NCBI GenBank assembly: GCA_951406725.2
Contig: OX597832.1
Span: forward strand, 68,882,001-68,946,000
Direction of reading: 5' to 3'
DNA from: Octopus vulgaris
Lineage: Eukaryota
DNA: 64,000 nucleotides
The stretch's first letter is position 1, and each line of letters starts with the position of its first letter. Below are positions 1-12,153 of this stretch, piece after piece. Under the pieces are notes generated by a model. That model ran no database searches, had not been told where the DNA came from, and was given only the letters and a program-made list of their open reading frames with translations. Made by a program: the position numbers and the translations under genes.

Positions 1-95
1 GTGTCACGCAGTGGGACTAAACCAGTAACCATGTAGTTGGGAAGCAAGCTTCTTACCACACCTGTGCCTATATACAAATATATACATATAAATAC

Positions 96-150
<55 letters not shown>

Positions 151-185
151 CATATACATATATATATATATATACATATAAATAC

Positions 186-225
<40 letters not shown>

Positions 226-233
<8 letters not shown>

Positions 234-684
234 ATATTTCGGAATGGTCATATTGCCAGTTTAGCCAATAAAAACACACGCACTATATATTTGGTGTTAT
301 TTTGCTTCAGTGATATTTATTTTTTACATTAATCTTAATCTTATTTCGGCCAAAGTTCTTTCGTCACACTCCTGTGACCGCATCAGTGGTCCTTTGTTTT
401 CTTCTCACTTACTTGTGTCTCTCCTTACTAACCATCAGCCATTTTGTATTTCTAATAGAAATACAAAATGGCTGACGGTTAGTAAGGAGAGACACAAGTA
501 AGTGAGAAGAAAACAAAGGACCACTGATGCGGTCACAGGAGTGTGACGAAAGAACTTTGGCCGAAATAAGATTAAGATTAATGTAAAAAATAAATATCAC
601 TGAAGCAAAATAACACCAAATATATAGTGCGTGTGTTTTTATTGGCTAAACTGGCAATATGACCATTCTGAAATATAACAATAT
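226..684. repeat. Near-perfect palindrome (arms 226-454 and 456-684, 1-nt loop), probable inverted Penelope-like pseudo-LTR pair
   Basis: Position i pairs with 910-i; only 2 mismatches seen (241/669 and 434/476). It explains the mirror ORFs 310..501+ and 409..600-. It is flanked by (TA)-rich tracts and each arm carries a hammerhead-like motif. Confidence 0.95.
521..560 (+). ncRNA. Minimal type I hammerhead-like motif with variant core (mirror copy at 350-389, minus strand)
   Basis: CCA-CTGATGCG-GTCACA-GGAG-TGTGAC-GAAAG-AA-CTT-TGG: stem I CCA/TGG, 6-bp stem II, 2-bp stem III. The core deviates from CUGANGA (A9>C plus an extra G). Confidence 0.45.
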
Positions 685-767
685 CTGTTTCAACACACGA
701 CTTCACATAAAAAATCTTGCACAACAAATATTTAAACGTATATATATATATATATTCATATAAATAC

Positions 768-811
<44 letters not shown>

Positions 812-857
812 ATACATATACATATATATATATATATATACATATAAATATATATAC

Positions 858-3800
858 ATCATCATCATCATCATCATCATTTAACGTCCGTTTTCCGCGC
901 TAGCACGGGTTGGACGCTTCGACCGGGGTCTGGGGAGCCAGGCTCCAGTCTGATCTGGCAGTATTTCTACAGCTGGATGCCCTTCCTAACACCAACCACT
1001 CTGCGAGTGTAGTGGGTGCTTTTTACATGCCACCTGCACAGGTGCCAGAGGGGTCTGGCATCGGCCACGATTGGTTGGTGCTTTTTATGTTCCACCGGCA
1101 CAGAAGCCAGTCGAGGCGGTGCTGGCATCGGCCATGTTCGGATGGTGCTTTTTATGTGCCACCGGCACAGAAGCCAGTCGGGGCGGTGCTGGCATCGGCC
1201 ATGTTTGGATGGTGCTTTTTATGTGCCACCGGCACAGAAGCCATTCGAGGCGGGTTTGGCATCGGTCACGTTCGGATTGTGCTTTTTATGTGCCACCAGC
1301 ACAGAAGCCAGTTGAAGCGGCACTGGCAACGGCCACAGGTGCCAGAGGGGTCTGGCATCGGCCACGATCGGTTGGTGCTTTTTATGTGCCACCGGCACAG
1401 AAGCCAGTCGAGGCGGTGCTGGCATTGGCCACGTTCGGATGGTGCTTTTTATGTGCCACCGGCACAGAAGCCATTCGAGGCGGGGTTGGCATCGGTCACG
1501 TTCGGATGGTGCTTTTTATGTGCCACTGGCACAGAAGCCAGTCGAGGCTGCACTGGCAACGGCCACGTTTGGATGGTGCTTTTTATGTGCCACTGGCACA
1601 GGTATCACAACTACTGTTTCCATTGATATTTGGTTCGATGTTCATGTACATGCACTTGACTCAACAGGTCTCCTCAAGCACAGCGAGATGTTCTGGGATC
1701 CAAGGTACTTTGAATGGGCAGGGGGTATGCGGAACTGGTGCCGGAAGTATCCCAGGTCTTAGTAGTCACAGCACATCTCCAGAGATCTCGGTCCTTCGCC
1801 ATTGCCTCAGTGAGGCCCAACACTCTGAGGTCATGCTTGACTAGCTCATCCCATGTCTTCCTGGGTCTACCTCTCCTCCTGATTCCTTCAACTGTTTGGG
1901 AGTGGCACTTCTTCACACATCTCTCCTCATCCATCCGCAGTACATGACCATACCATCGCAAGCGTCGCTCTTGCACACCGCATCTGATGCTTCTTATGCC
2001 TAGCATTTCTCTCAGGGTGCTTACACTCTGTCGTGCATTCACACTGACATTACACATCCAGCGGATCATGATAGCTTCATTTCTTTCAAGTCTACGCATG
2101 TCCTCTGCAGTCACAGCCCATGTTTCACTGCCGTGAAGCATGGCAGTTTGCACACATGCATCATACAATCTACCTTTCACTCTGAGTGAGAGACCCTTTG
2201 TCGCCAGTAGGGGTAGGAGCTTTCTAAACTATGCCCAGGCTATTCATGTTCTAGTGGTGACACTCTCTGAGCATCAACCCCCACTACTAACTTGGTCACC
2301 CAGGTAGCGGAAACTATCAACTACTTCTAGTTTCTACCCCTGGAGTGTGATGGAATCTGTTTTCTGAGTGTCTGTGGTGTCTATTGTCCCTGTGCATCTG
2401 CCGCACATGAAAGCTATCTTATCAGTTAATTTCCTTTTGATGTTGCTGCACCTCTTATACGTCCATAGCTTACACTGGGTGCATCTTATGGAGTTTCTAC
2501 CTACACCTTTCCTACAGCTCGAGCAGGGCCACCTGCCCGATGGGGTGTGTGCTGAGTTCACCTTTCTGCATACTATAACTTTGGTCTTCGCTACATTTAC
2601 TCTAAGGCCCTTTGATTCCACACCCGGAATTTCTTTTTTAGTTCCGGTAGTGATTCTGCTATGAGGGCCAGGTCATCAGCATAGAGGAGCTCCCAGGGGC
2701 AACCTGTTTTGAATTCCTCTGTTATTGCCTGGAGGACTATGATGAATAAAAGGGGACTGAGGGCTGAGCCCTGGTGTACACCTACTTCTACCCGGAATTC
2801 TTCACTATATTCGTTGCCAATCCTAACCTTGCTGACAGCCTCTCTGTATAGAGCCTGTACAGCCCTTATTAGCCATTCGTCAATCAACAGTTTCCGCATC
2901 GACCACCAGATAAGGGATCGGGGAACCCTGTCAAAGGCTTTCTCCAAGTTCACAAAAGCTATGTAGAGGGGTTTATCTTTAGCTAGGTACTTCTCCTGCA
3001 GTTGTCGGACCAGGAATATAGCATCAGTGGTGCTTCTACCTGGTACAAAACCGAACTGCATCTCATCTAAGCAAATTCTCTCCCTAATGAGATGGGTTAT
3101 GACCCTCTCTGTGGCCTTCATCACCTGATCCAACAGTTTAATACCCCTGTAGTTATTTCTATCTAGAGCATCACCCTTACCCTTGTAGCAGTTGACTATG
3201 GTGCTGCTACGCCAGTCATTGGGTATGACTCCATTATGAACTACCTGGTTAACAATACGGGTGACTAGGCCATAGCCCTCATAACCAACTGTTTTAAGCA
3301 TCTCAGCAGTGATACCTGATGGGCCGGGGGCTTTACTTGGTTTCATATCCTTAATTGCCTTAACTACAAGGGAGCTGTCTATTTGGATAGCTGGTCCCTC
3401 TACTGGGTCAACATTTGGCAGGCTCTCCTCCTCCCATTCATTCTCCACATTCAGCAGTCTTTCATAATGGCTTCTCCAAGCCTCTTTCTTTTCACCAACA
3501 TTAAAGGCAAGTGCCCCATCATCCATGCGGCCACATTTCTCTCCTGTAACATCACTATTTTCTCTCACACACTGTCTAGCAATACGAAATACTTCAGTTC
3601 TTTGGTCCTCACGTCACTGGACATTGGCAAACTTATTCTTTTCTGCTATATCTTTGGCTATGTATACCTGCCACCCGGCCTCCCTTTTGGCTACTTGGTA
3701 CGGTTCCCTGCTACCCCCATCCCTCCAGGCTCTCCAGGCCTGTTTCTTAGAACTAATGGCTTTGTCTACTGCACTATTCCACCACCACGTAACTCTAGGT

Positions 3801-5268
3801 CTGGAAGGAACTTTGCACCATCCACAGACTTGGTCTGTGGCACTCAGCAAGCTGTCCCGTAGGAATTTCCAGCTACCTTCTATGTCCGACGTCTGTAGCT
3901 CCTCCTCCCTCTCATCAAATTTCTTGATGAGGATGTCCCTAAATCTCTGACCATGTGAAGGGTTCTTTAGCTTCCAAATCCTTCTTTTCTGGATTGGTCT
4001 GTTTCTTGGAGTCCTTCTGGCCTCAAGCCTAAAGTCACTAATTATTAGCCTATGCTGAGGGATACACTCTTCACCCGGGAGGGTCTTTGTATTTAAGAGC
4101 GACCCTGCATCCCGCTGTCTGGTGAGGATGAAGTTTATTTGGCTAGCGGAGTCCCCTGACTGATAAGTTATAAGGTGGCAGTCAGGCTTCCTGAAGTTAG
4201 TGTTGCAGATTAAAAGGTTACATGCATCACAGAATTCCAGTAGTCTAGTTCCCTCCTCATTTCTGGTGCCAATACCATGGCCACCGTGAACCCCAGTGAA
4301 GATACCCGATTCCCGCCCAACATGCCCATTAAAGTCTCCACCCACAAAGATGAGGTCTTTGCCACTAGTCTTTGAGGTAGCCTGTAGAAGGGTATCATAA
4401 AAGTGATCCTTCTGATCATTTGGTAGGCCCGCTTGTGGGGCATAGGCGGAGATAATCGTAGCTGTGCCACTCTGTAGGACTGACCTGAGCTTAAGCACTC
4501 TATCGCAAACCCTGACAACCTCTATGACCTTATCCACCCATTTCTCCGCAAGGAGAATGCCTACATCCCCTACCCCATCCATGTTACCTTGCCAGAAGAC
4601 TTTATACCTATGTGCCTTGCCTGTGAGGACCCTAGCTGAAGCACCTCTCCACCTAACCTCTTGTATGCAGCATACATCAACCCGTCTTCTCTCAAGCATC
4701 TCTACAATCTCACTAGACCTACCTTTCAGTGTACCAACATTGACAGTGCCAACTCTGAAAACTGGGAAGGAGATGTGAGGGGGAGGGGTGTAATTCGGCG
4801 CCTGAAAAGAAGAGGGCTGTTGTGGTGGCGGTGATCGATTTTTAGGCATTTTCGTCTGATCTCTCTCTTCTGACCTGACAACATTCAAGCATTTAGGCAT
4901 GTTAAGGTTCTGGCCCCTGCGGTAGGCAGGGTCAGGTGTTAGCAGCATTGTAAGCACAAGCACTGAAGTCATTGATGGTGTAGATGTAACCTCTGTGGTA
5001 GAAATAGGTGTTAGTAGTATTCTAAGCAAGCATTATGGTCATTGAGCGATGTGGTTTAAGCAGTGTAGCAGAAACATGGATATTCTAGAGATGGGCTGGG
5101 GTGTGGGGGTTCTAGCAGGGAGAAGAGAGAGTGAGGGGGATGGGGAGAGGGTGCAGGTAATATAGGGGAGCACCAGTGGGGAGGGGTGTTAGGAGAAACG
5201 ATGACAGGTTCTAGACAAAATAGAACGTAGGATATCACGAGAGGGGTAATACATGGTGAAATAGCGTA
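858..5268 (-). mobile_element. Near full-length RTE-clade LINE (APE endonuclease + RT + Cys-rich insert), disrupted
   Basis: ORF 3614..5029 has APE motifs (TVNVGTL, CIQEVRW, SAYAPQ, GDFNGHVG). ORF 2597..3568 has RT motifs (QFGFVPGRSTTDAIF, GVHQGSALSP, LLYADD). ORF 2334..2621 has a CxxC..CxxC..C module; ORF 1674..2180 is the C-terminus (RRLRWYGHV). There is an in-frame TGA at 3614-3616, a frameshift near 2620, and an (ATG)n tail at 858-880. Confidence 0.95.
1016..1600. repeat. 67-bp minisatellite in the RTE 3' UTR with a ~297-bp higher-order duplication
   Basis: Unit GGTGCTTTTTATGTGCCACCGGCACAGAAGCCAGTCGAGGCGGTGCTGGCATCGGCCA(C/T)GTTCGGAT starts at about 1077, 1144, 1211 and 1278, then again at 1374, 1441, 1508 and 1575. 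Confidence 0.9.
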
Positions 5269-5269
5269 T

Positions 5270-5434
5270 TAAATACATATACATATATATATATATTTAT
5301 ATACATATAAATACATATACATATATATATATACATATAAATACATATACATATATATATATACATATAAATACATATACATATATATATATACATATAA
5401 ATACATATACATATATATATATAAATACATATAC

Positions 5435-5465
<31 letters not shown>

Positions 5466-5470
5466 TACAT
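5270..5470. repeat. Compound (TA)/(TACA) microsatellite with a ~30-bp periodic unit, the same motif as 70-229 and 740-857
   Basis: Repeated ATACATATAAATACATATACATATATATAT blocks. Confidence 0.85.
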
Positions 5471-6199
5471 GTAAATATATGGCTGATGACCTGACGTGGT
5501 TGATGAAAGGACCGTCTGATTGGCACTCATGCCAGTGGAACATTAAAAGCACATTCGAACATCAAAATGAATTAGAAAGCATCTCTTGACCATTTTGGAA
5601 AGAAATATTTTATGGAATTTGCTAGTTTAAATAGCTTCAACAAAGGAGGCAAATTGGCTCAAGGGGCCAAAATGGTTGAAACTGGTGATTTGCAACAATT
5701 ACTATTCTCCTCTCAATACTTGTCCTCTATTTATCATATTCACCAACTGACCCCCATTCTTCCCCATCTTTTACTTTGTCCTCTTACATTCATGAACCCC
5801 CTGCCTACCCACTCTCCTGGTTCTTTCTCAACCCCACCCCTCATTCATTTCTACTCATCTCATACCTTTAGGTTTGACACAGACATCTCATTACCAATGC
5901 TTTTATCTCCCCTTTGCCATTCCTCCCCAAACATCCCACTGCCCTCTCATATGAAATATGAGTAATCACGTGGCCCTTCTACAGCAAGCAACCTGTTCTG
6001 CTCTGGTATAAAGCTACCTCGCTTGGGGTTTGCAGTTTTGCAAGTTGCATGGTGGCCTCACAAGAGCTGGTGGCATTGAAAAGGGCACCAGGCCATAGAA
6101 ACCATGCTAAAGTAGACGGTGGTGTACAATGTATGACCTTGGGTCCGCTAGATACTGTTAAGCCATCAATCAGATGCCAGCATGGATCATGGACAATTA

Positions 6200-6402
6200 C
6201 TGATGATGATGACGACTAGGATGATGATGAAGAGGAGGAGGAGGATGATAAGGATGAAAAGGATGATGATGACGATGACTATGAGGAGGAGTAGGAGAAA
6301 AAGGATGATGATGGAAATGATGGCATTGATGATGACAATGACGATGACTATGATGACAATGATGATGGTGATTATGATAACTGTGATGATGATGATGATG
6401 AT
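6200..6402. repeat. Degenerate (GAT)n/(GAG)n trinucleotide tract
   Basis: Directly visible; source of the Met-rich and Ile-rich spurious ORFs. Confidence 0.9.
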
Positions 6403-6789
6403 GTCTCCTTCAGAAAGCATTGCATTTTTTGTTCAGAATCTGCCTTAAGTTCAACCCCTCAGAGATGTCAACTTTTATTTTCCTCCTTCAAAGGTAGATA
6501 AAAAGAAAAGCACCAATCCCAGCAAAAGCAGTGGATTGGTTCACCAATCCACGTTTAATATTCTTCTGGTTTCAACCAGAAGAATATTAAACTGAACATC
6601 TTGCAGTATTTGCCTTGATACTGGGCATCCTGAGTTCAAGTCCAACCATATCCTACGTGGATGATAGACTTATCTCATAGCCTGCATTAATGCCACCACT
6701 TGACACGTTTACTGATTTTTGTAGAGTTTTATTCTGTTGAAAGCATTTCATCCAGACTTTTGGTTTGTGTTGACATTGCTCCCACCCCA

Positions 6790-6990
6790 TTCAGTCATTC
6801 AGATGATGCCTTCCATCCTTTACATTCTGAGTTTAAATTCCACCCAGGTTCAATTTACCATTCATCTTTTCAGGTTTGATAAATTAAGTACCGGTTGTGT
6901 ACTGGGGTTGATCTAATCAACTGGCCCCCTCCTCCAAAATTTCAGGCCTTGTGCCGAAAGTAGGAAGGATCATCATCATTATTATTATCA
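6790..6990 (+). mobile_element. SINE family B copy, 5' truncated
   Basis: ttctgagtttaaattc...ttcatcttttcaggtttgataaattaagtacc...aaatttcaggccttgtgcc followed by an (ATT/ATC)n tail; reverse complement of the copies at 11438 and 14950. Confidence 0.75.
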
Positions 6991-7029
6991 TTTTTTTTTT
7001 GTTTATCAAAAGATAAACCTACATCTTCA

Positions 7030-7172
7030 GAGTGGTTGGTGTTTGGAAGGGCGTCCAACCATGGAAATCAAACCAAAATCAGACTGGAACCTGGTGCAGT
7101 TCTCCAGCTTACCAGTTCCAGTCAAACTGCCTCACCCATGCCAGCATAGAAAGCAGACATTAAATGATGACA

Positions 7173-7200
<28 letters not shown>
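7030..7200 (+). mobile_element. Short RTE 3'-end copy or RTE-tailed SINE (similar copies at 26040-26190+, 23760-23990-, 43395-43600-)
   Basis: gagtggttgg...ggaagggc...acccatgccagcat..aa.c.gacattaaatgatga matches the 3' terminus of the 858-5268 RTE. Confidence 0.7.
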
Positions 7201-7205
<5 letters not shown>

Positions 7206-8139
7206 ATGATAGCAATGATGGTGATGGTGATGGTGATGATGATGGTAGTGGTGGTGGTAATGATGGCGATGATGAAGCAATACTATAATTTAAGCTCAGT
7301 CGAATCTAGATTATTGTAATATTTCAACATTTGCATCTACACTTGGTTAATTAATACCTCATCAACTAATTAAAGAATGAGGAGAGAAAATATAACAGAC
7401 TTAGATATTTTTTTTTTAAATGAGAAAAGCATAACTGAAGGAAAAAAAAAAACTTCACATTTGAAAGGAAGATTTTTCTTAATTTTGATTTACCAAAAAG
7501 AGAAAACCCACATAAAATATCATTAACAATCATAACGATAATTATAACAACAATAAAATGATGATAATAATGACATTAAATAAATAAATAAATAAACGGA
7601 GGGTTTCTGGAATAATGAATAATACAATGTTATTAGAAATATTTTAAAAAGCAAAAGTTGTTTATCAAACTGATTAGTTTTATGATATTTTAAAACAGAG
7701 CCTCATCATTTCCATTACAAAGCAATTTCTATGGACTTGGCTAAAACTATGATAACAGTGTCTTGGAGGAAAAGGAAAAGAATGAAGTCATCCGATTTAA
7801 TTGGATTAAATAAATGAACATTAATTATTGTCGAGACAGTTATATTTAATGAGATCAACGAATCAATAATTGAGTATAAATTAATTGCATCACTAATTTT
7901 CTAGTGGTTAGCTCTGTCATTCATTACAATCTTAGTGATAAGTTCTATGACACTGACAACAATTCTGGTGGTTAGTGCCATGTTATTGACTACAATTCCT
8001 TTGTTTCTCTTTTACCACTTCATGGTTTCTTGTGTGTGTGTGTGGTTCTTAGCAACACAGCACTTTGTTGCACCTTACAGATGGACAGCTATGAATGTAT
8101 GTTTATATGTATATATATATATATACATATATATATATA

Positions 8140-8299
8140 GGCACAGGAGTGACTGTGAGGTAAGTAGCTTGCTTACCAATCACATGTTTCTGGGTTCAGT
8201 CCCACTCTATGGCACCTTGGGCAGGTGTCTTCTACTTTAGCCTCGGGCCAAACAAAACCTTGTGAGTGGATTTGGTAGATGGAAACTGAAAGAAGCCCA

Positions 8300-8330
<31 letters not shown>

Positions 8331-8529
8331 CTTTGTGTCTCTGTGTTCCCCTCCCCATTGCTTGACAACCAATGTTGGTGTGTTTATGTCCCCATAACTT
8401 AGCAGTTTGGAAAGAAACAGATAGAATAAGTACTAGGCTTACAAAGAATAAGTCCAGGGATCGATTTGTTTAATTAAAGGTGGCGCCCCAGCATGGCTGC
8501 AGTCAAATAACTGAAGCAAATAAAAGAAT
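8140..8529 (+). mobile_element. SINE family A, full length (tRNA-like head, central microsatellite, 3' ...cagcatggctgcagtcaaataactgaa...)
   Basis: A-box-like and B-box-like head (gactgtgaggtaag...gggttcagtccc); more than 10 homologous full or partial copies in the window. Confidence 0.85.
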
Positions 8530-8593
8530 GTATATATATTTATATTGTTGTTGTATGTATGTGTGCATAAACATCTATATAATATACATATAT

Positions 8594-8638
<45 letters not shown>

Positions 8639-8641
<3 letters not shown>

Positions 8642-9143
8642 TCATCATCATCATCGTTTAACGTCCGCTTTCCATGCTAGCATGGGTTGGATGGTTCAAC
8701 TGGGGTCTGGCAAGCCTGAAGGCTGCGCCAGGCCAGTCAGATCTGGCAGTGTTTCTACAGCCGGATGCCCTTCCTAATGCCAACCACTCCGAGAGTGTAG
8801 TGGGTGATTTTATGTGCCACCAACACAGGTGCCAGACGAGGCTGGCAGACGGCCACGCTCGGATGGTGTTTTTTATGTGCCACCAACACAGGTGCCAGAC
8901 GAGGCTGGCAGACGGCCACGCTCGGATGGTGTTTTTATGTGCCACCGACACAGGTGCCAGACGAGGCTGGCAGACGGCCATGCTCAGATGGTGTTTTATG
9001 TGTCACCGACACAGGTGCCAGACGAGGCTGGCAGACGGCCACGCTCGGATGGTGTTTTCTTATGTGTCAACGACACAGGTGCCAGACGAGGCTGGCGAAC
9101 GGCCACGCTCGGATGGTGTTTGTTACGTGCCCTCAGCACGGCG

Positions 9144-9148
<5 letters not shown>
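8639..9148 (-). mobile_element. 5'-truncated RTE 3' UTR with a ~62-bp tandem array (about 5.5 units, 8808-9140)
   Basis: Same 3' terminus and (ATG)n tail as 858-5268; unit TTTATGTGCCACCAACACAGGTGCCAGACGAGGCTGGCAGACGGCCACGCTCGGATGGTGTT. Confidence 0.85.
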
Positions 9149-9181
<33 letters not shown>

Positions 9182-9273
9182 TTAAGGGAGAACATAATCT
9201 TTTGTGGTGAATGACGATTTGACGTCTATATCTAGCATGTTGACTGTCCACTTTTCGTGTTCAGTCCTTAATT

Positions 9274-9309
<36 letters not shown>

Positions 9310-9314
9310 TATAT

Positions 9315-9345
<31 letters not shown>

Positions 9346-11437
9346 CATGTATCTATGTATGTATTGTCATATGCAGAAGCATATATGTGCACATGCTCAT
9401 ATACAAGAAAGAAAGAAAGAAAGAGATGAAGATCGTAACAAGGAAAATACAAACGCGAGAAGAGAGGGAGAGAGAGAGAGAGAGAGGGAGAGAGAGTGAT
9501 AGAAAGCTTATGTGTTACAACAACAACTTTTAGTAGCAGTGTTTGTTGTGTGCAGTCCTAGTGATGACATATTTTCTAAAAGATAAAAGTAGAATAGAAT
9601 TGCTGCTGGTGACACAAATTCTTTTTACTTGATGCTTTCAGCCTTGGAGCAACTGTTTCAGTCCCCAAATCATATTTATTCTTTATGAAGGCAAAATAAG
9701 CTGCTGTAATTCCATTATTGAAATGCAGCAAGGGGAAAATCCATAACGTAAAGAGAAAATGCCATTTTCTGACCACTTCAAATGTGACACATTTTCTTCA
9801 ACAAGTACATTTTCCAATCTTCAGCAAAATTCAATACTTCTTCGATGCATGCAAAGTACATTTTATTGGCAAATTCCTTGTCTACAAATCCACAACAACG
9901 GCATGCTAAACCATATTTTGTACAATTCAAAACTGGTTCTAACATGAATTCCTCTTTACCAATAAACTTCAACTGACAGCAAATCAGTGATGCCATTTAG
10001 AAGCCAGACAATTTCCATCTGAGGATTACAAATCATTTGCTTGGCATAAAATAAAAGACAAATACTTACCAATGCTTCAGATTAAATTTCTCATATCTTC
10101 AAGAAAATACTCGCATACATTATTTAAATTTTTTTAAACTTCTTCCCCCCCCCTTTTTTTTACATTTTTGTCTCTCTAAAATCATTTTCCATTTACTAAG
10201 CATGGGTGAGTGGCTAAGAAGCTTGCTTTCCATCTATGACATGTAGGGTTCAAGTCCTGCTTGGCAGCACTGTGCAAGGGTCTTCTATTATAGCCCCAAA
10301 CCAAATATAAGGCCGCCTTGTAAGTGGATTTGGGAGACAGAAACTGAAAGAAGCAGATTGTGTGTGTGTGTGTGTGTCTATACATGTATATGCATGTGCA
10401 TGTGCATCTCTGTGTAACCTTGACATCATGTGACAATTGTGAATGAATATCAACATCATTCCAACAATTCTGATCATTTCCTGTCTTGATCAGTGACAAG
10501 GTGAAGGTTGATGATTAGAAGGGAATCTGATCATAGAAAATTTACCTCCAACACATTCTGTGTGACACATACCAGTATGGAAAACTGGATGTTAAATGAT
10601 GATGATGATGATGACACCATATGGTTAGGTTAGTTGTTCTTGAATATTGGTGGGTGCATAAAGGATTATAAAATATCAGAATGGTTCCTGTAGTCACAAC
10701 CAACAAAATGCAAGACCTATGTTGACACAATTTGTGGAGAGCCTTAGCTTCAAGAAGAATTTTCGTTAATGTTCTACAACCAAAAGCAAAATTTGTGTAG
10801 AATATGTTGATGAAGAATGACATGGCAAGGGCAGGGGTGTCTTGCAGAAACTCTACCAAGAATTAAGATATTTGTTTGAAAGAAATAAACTCATCCATTT
10901 CATAAAAATCTAAGTTTGGATTAAACTGAATGATTTTTTTTTCCAGACACACAAGACGGGAGAAGCTGATTAATTACACTAATAAGAAATAACAGCTAAA
11001 TAACACCCTTCTGCCAGTGAAGAATGAATAATGTAACATTAGTGAATTATGTGAGATAAAATTGTTGTGTGGTCAAGGCTGGATTGTCTTTAATATTCAG
11101 AGTCCTGCTACAGAGATAACTTAACTAAGAGAAATTTAAATTTGCCTTTTTTGAATGAAACTTTCATGACAAAAACACATTTTCAAATTGTAACATTTAC
11201 TAATTAAAATTATTGAATGAATAATTAGTAATTTTTATATTAATTATTTAATAATTTTAATAATTAGAATTATGATTGCAAAATATATCAATATATAAAA
11301 TTATCGATTGGTCTTGATTCACTGGTCTATGCCTAATCACTAAAATATGTGGTTTTCATCGATTCTGTCTATAATACTAATATTTGATGATCATAATAAT
11401 AATAATAATAATAATAATGATAATAATAATAATAATA

Positions 11438-11876
11438 ACCCCTTCTAATAAAGGCACATGGCCTGAAATTTTGAAGGAGAGACTAGTCAATTACCTTGAC
11501 CCCAGTGTTTCACTGGTACTTCATTTATCGACCCTGAAAGGATGAAAGGCAAAGTCAACCTTGGTGGAATTTGAACTCAGAATGCAGTGATGGATGAAAT
11601 GATGCTAAGCATTTTGCCTGGCATGCTAACAATTCTGCCAGCTTCATAATAATAATAATGGTCTCAAATTATGCCACAAGGGCAACAATTTTGGGGGTAG
11701 GAGTTGAGTTGATTACATCGACCCCAGTGTTCAACTGGTACTTATTTTATCGAACCTGAAAGGGATGAAAGGCAAAGTTGACCTTAGAAGAATTTGAACT
11801 CAGAACATAAAGACAGATGAAACATCACTAAGCATTTTGACCATTGTGCTAATGATTCTGCCAACTCACTACCTTT
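11438..11876 (-). mobile_element. Two tandem SINE family B copies with (AAT)n tails (a further degenerate copy at 12168-12355)
   Basis: Repeated gaccccagtgt..cactggtactt..tttatcga.cctgaaaggatgaaaggcaaagt..acct..g.ggaatttgaactcagaa; tRNA-like head on the minus strand. Confidence 0.8.
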
Positions 11877-11899
11877 AATAATACCAACAATAATAATAA

Positions 11900-12153
11900 T
11901 AACGAGAATACTAAAAATGAACCCAACTGCTCTCAAAAATTAAGTGAAAAAACTGGAAAAAATAAATCAGAATCCTTGTTCAGCACCAGATCGATCCCAA
12001 AATTTAATCAGTTTGTGGCAGTCATGAGCCCAAACATCCCTGAAAGTTTCATCTGAATCCATCCCATGGTTCTTGAGATATCTTGTCCATGGACAAACAA
12101 ATAAACAAACATGACTGAAAACAATACCTCTGCCTTAGCGAAGGCAGGGGTAA
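11900..12153 (-). mobile_element. Non-autonomous Crypton-like element
   Basis: The minus strand begins TTACCCCTGCC..GCAGAGGTATTGTTTTC, the same start as at 50046 and 50670. The family assignment rests on recalled consensus features. Confidence 0.5.

Noticed and set aside
310-600. Twin 63-aa ORFs on opposite strands
   Set aside because: A by-product of the palindrome; no recognisable protein features.
1016-1600. CRISPR-like appearance of the 67-bp array (also 8808-9140)
   Set aside because: Whole units repeat with no unique spacers, there are no cas genes, and the arrays lie in a eukaryotic LINE 3' UTR.
910-1844. Overlapping plus-strand ORFs of 238 and 257 aa
   Set aside because: They are translations of the stop-poor minisatellite, antisense to the RTE.
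9576-9996. Short ORFs considered as the next CCDC39 exon
   Set aside because: No coiled-coil character and no similarity to the expected downstream CCDC39 segment.
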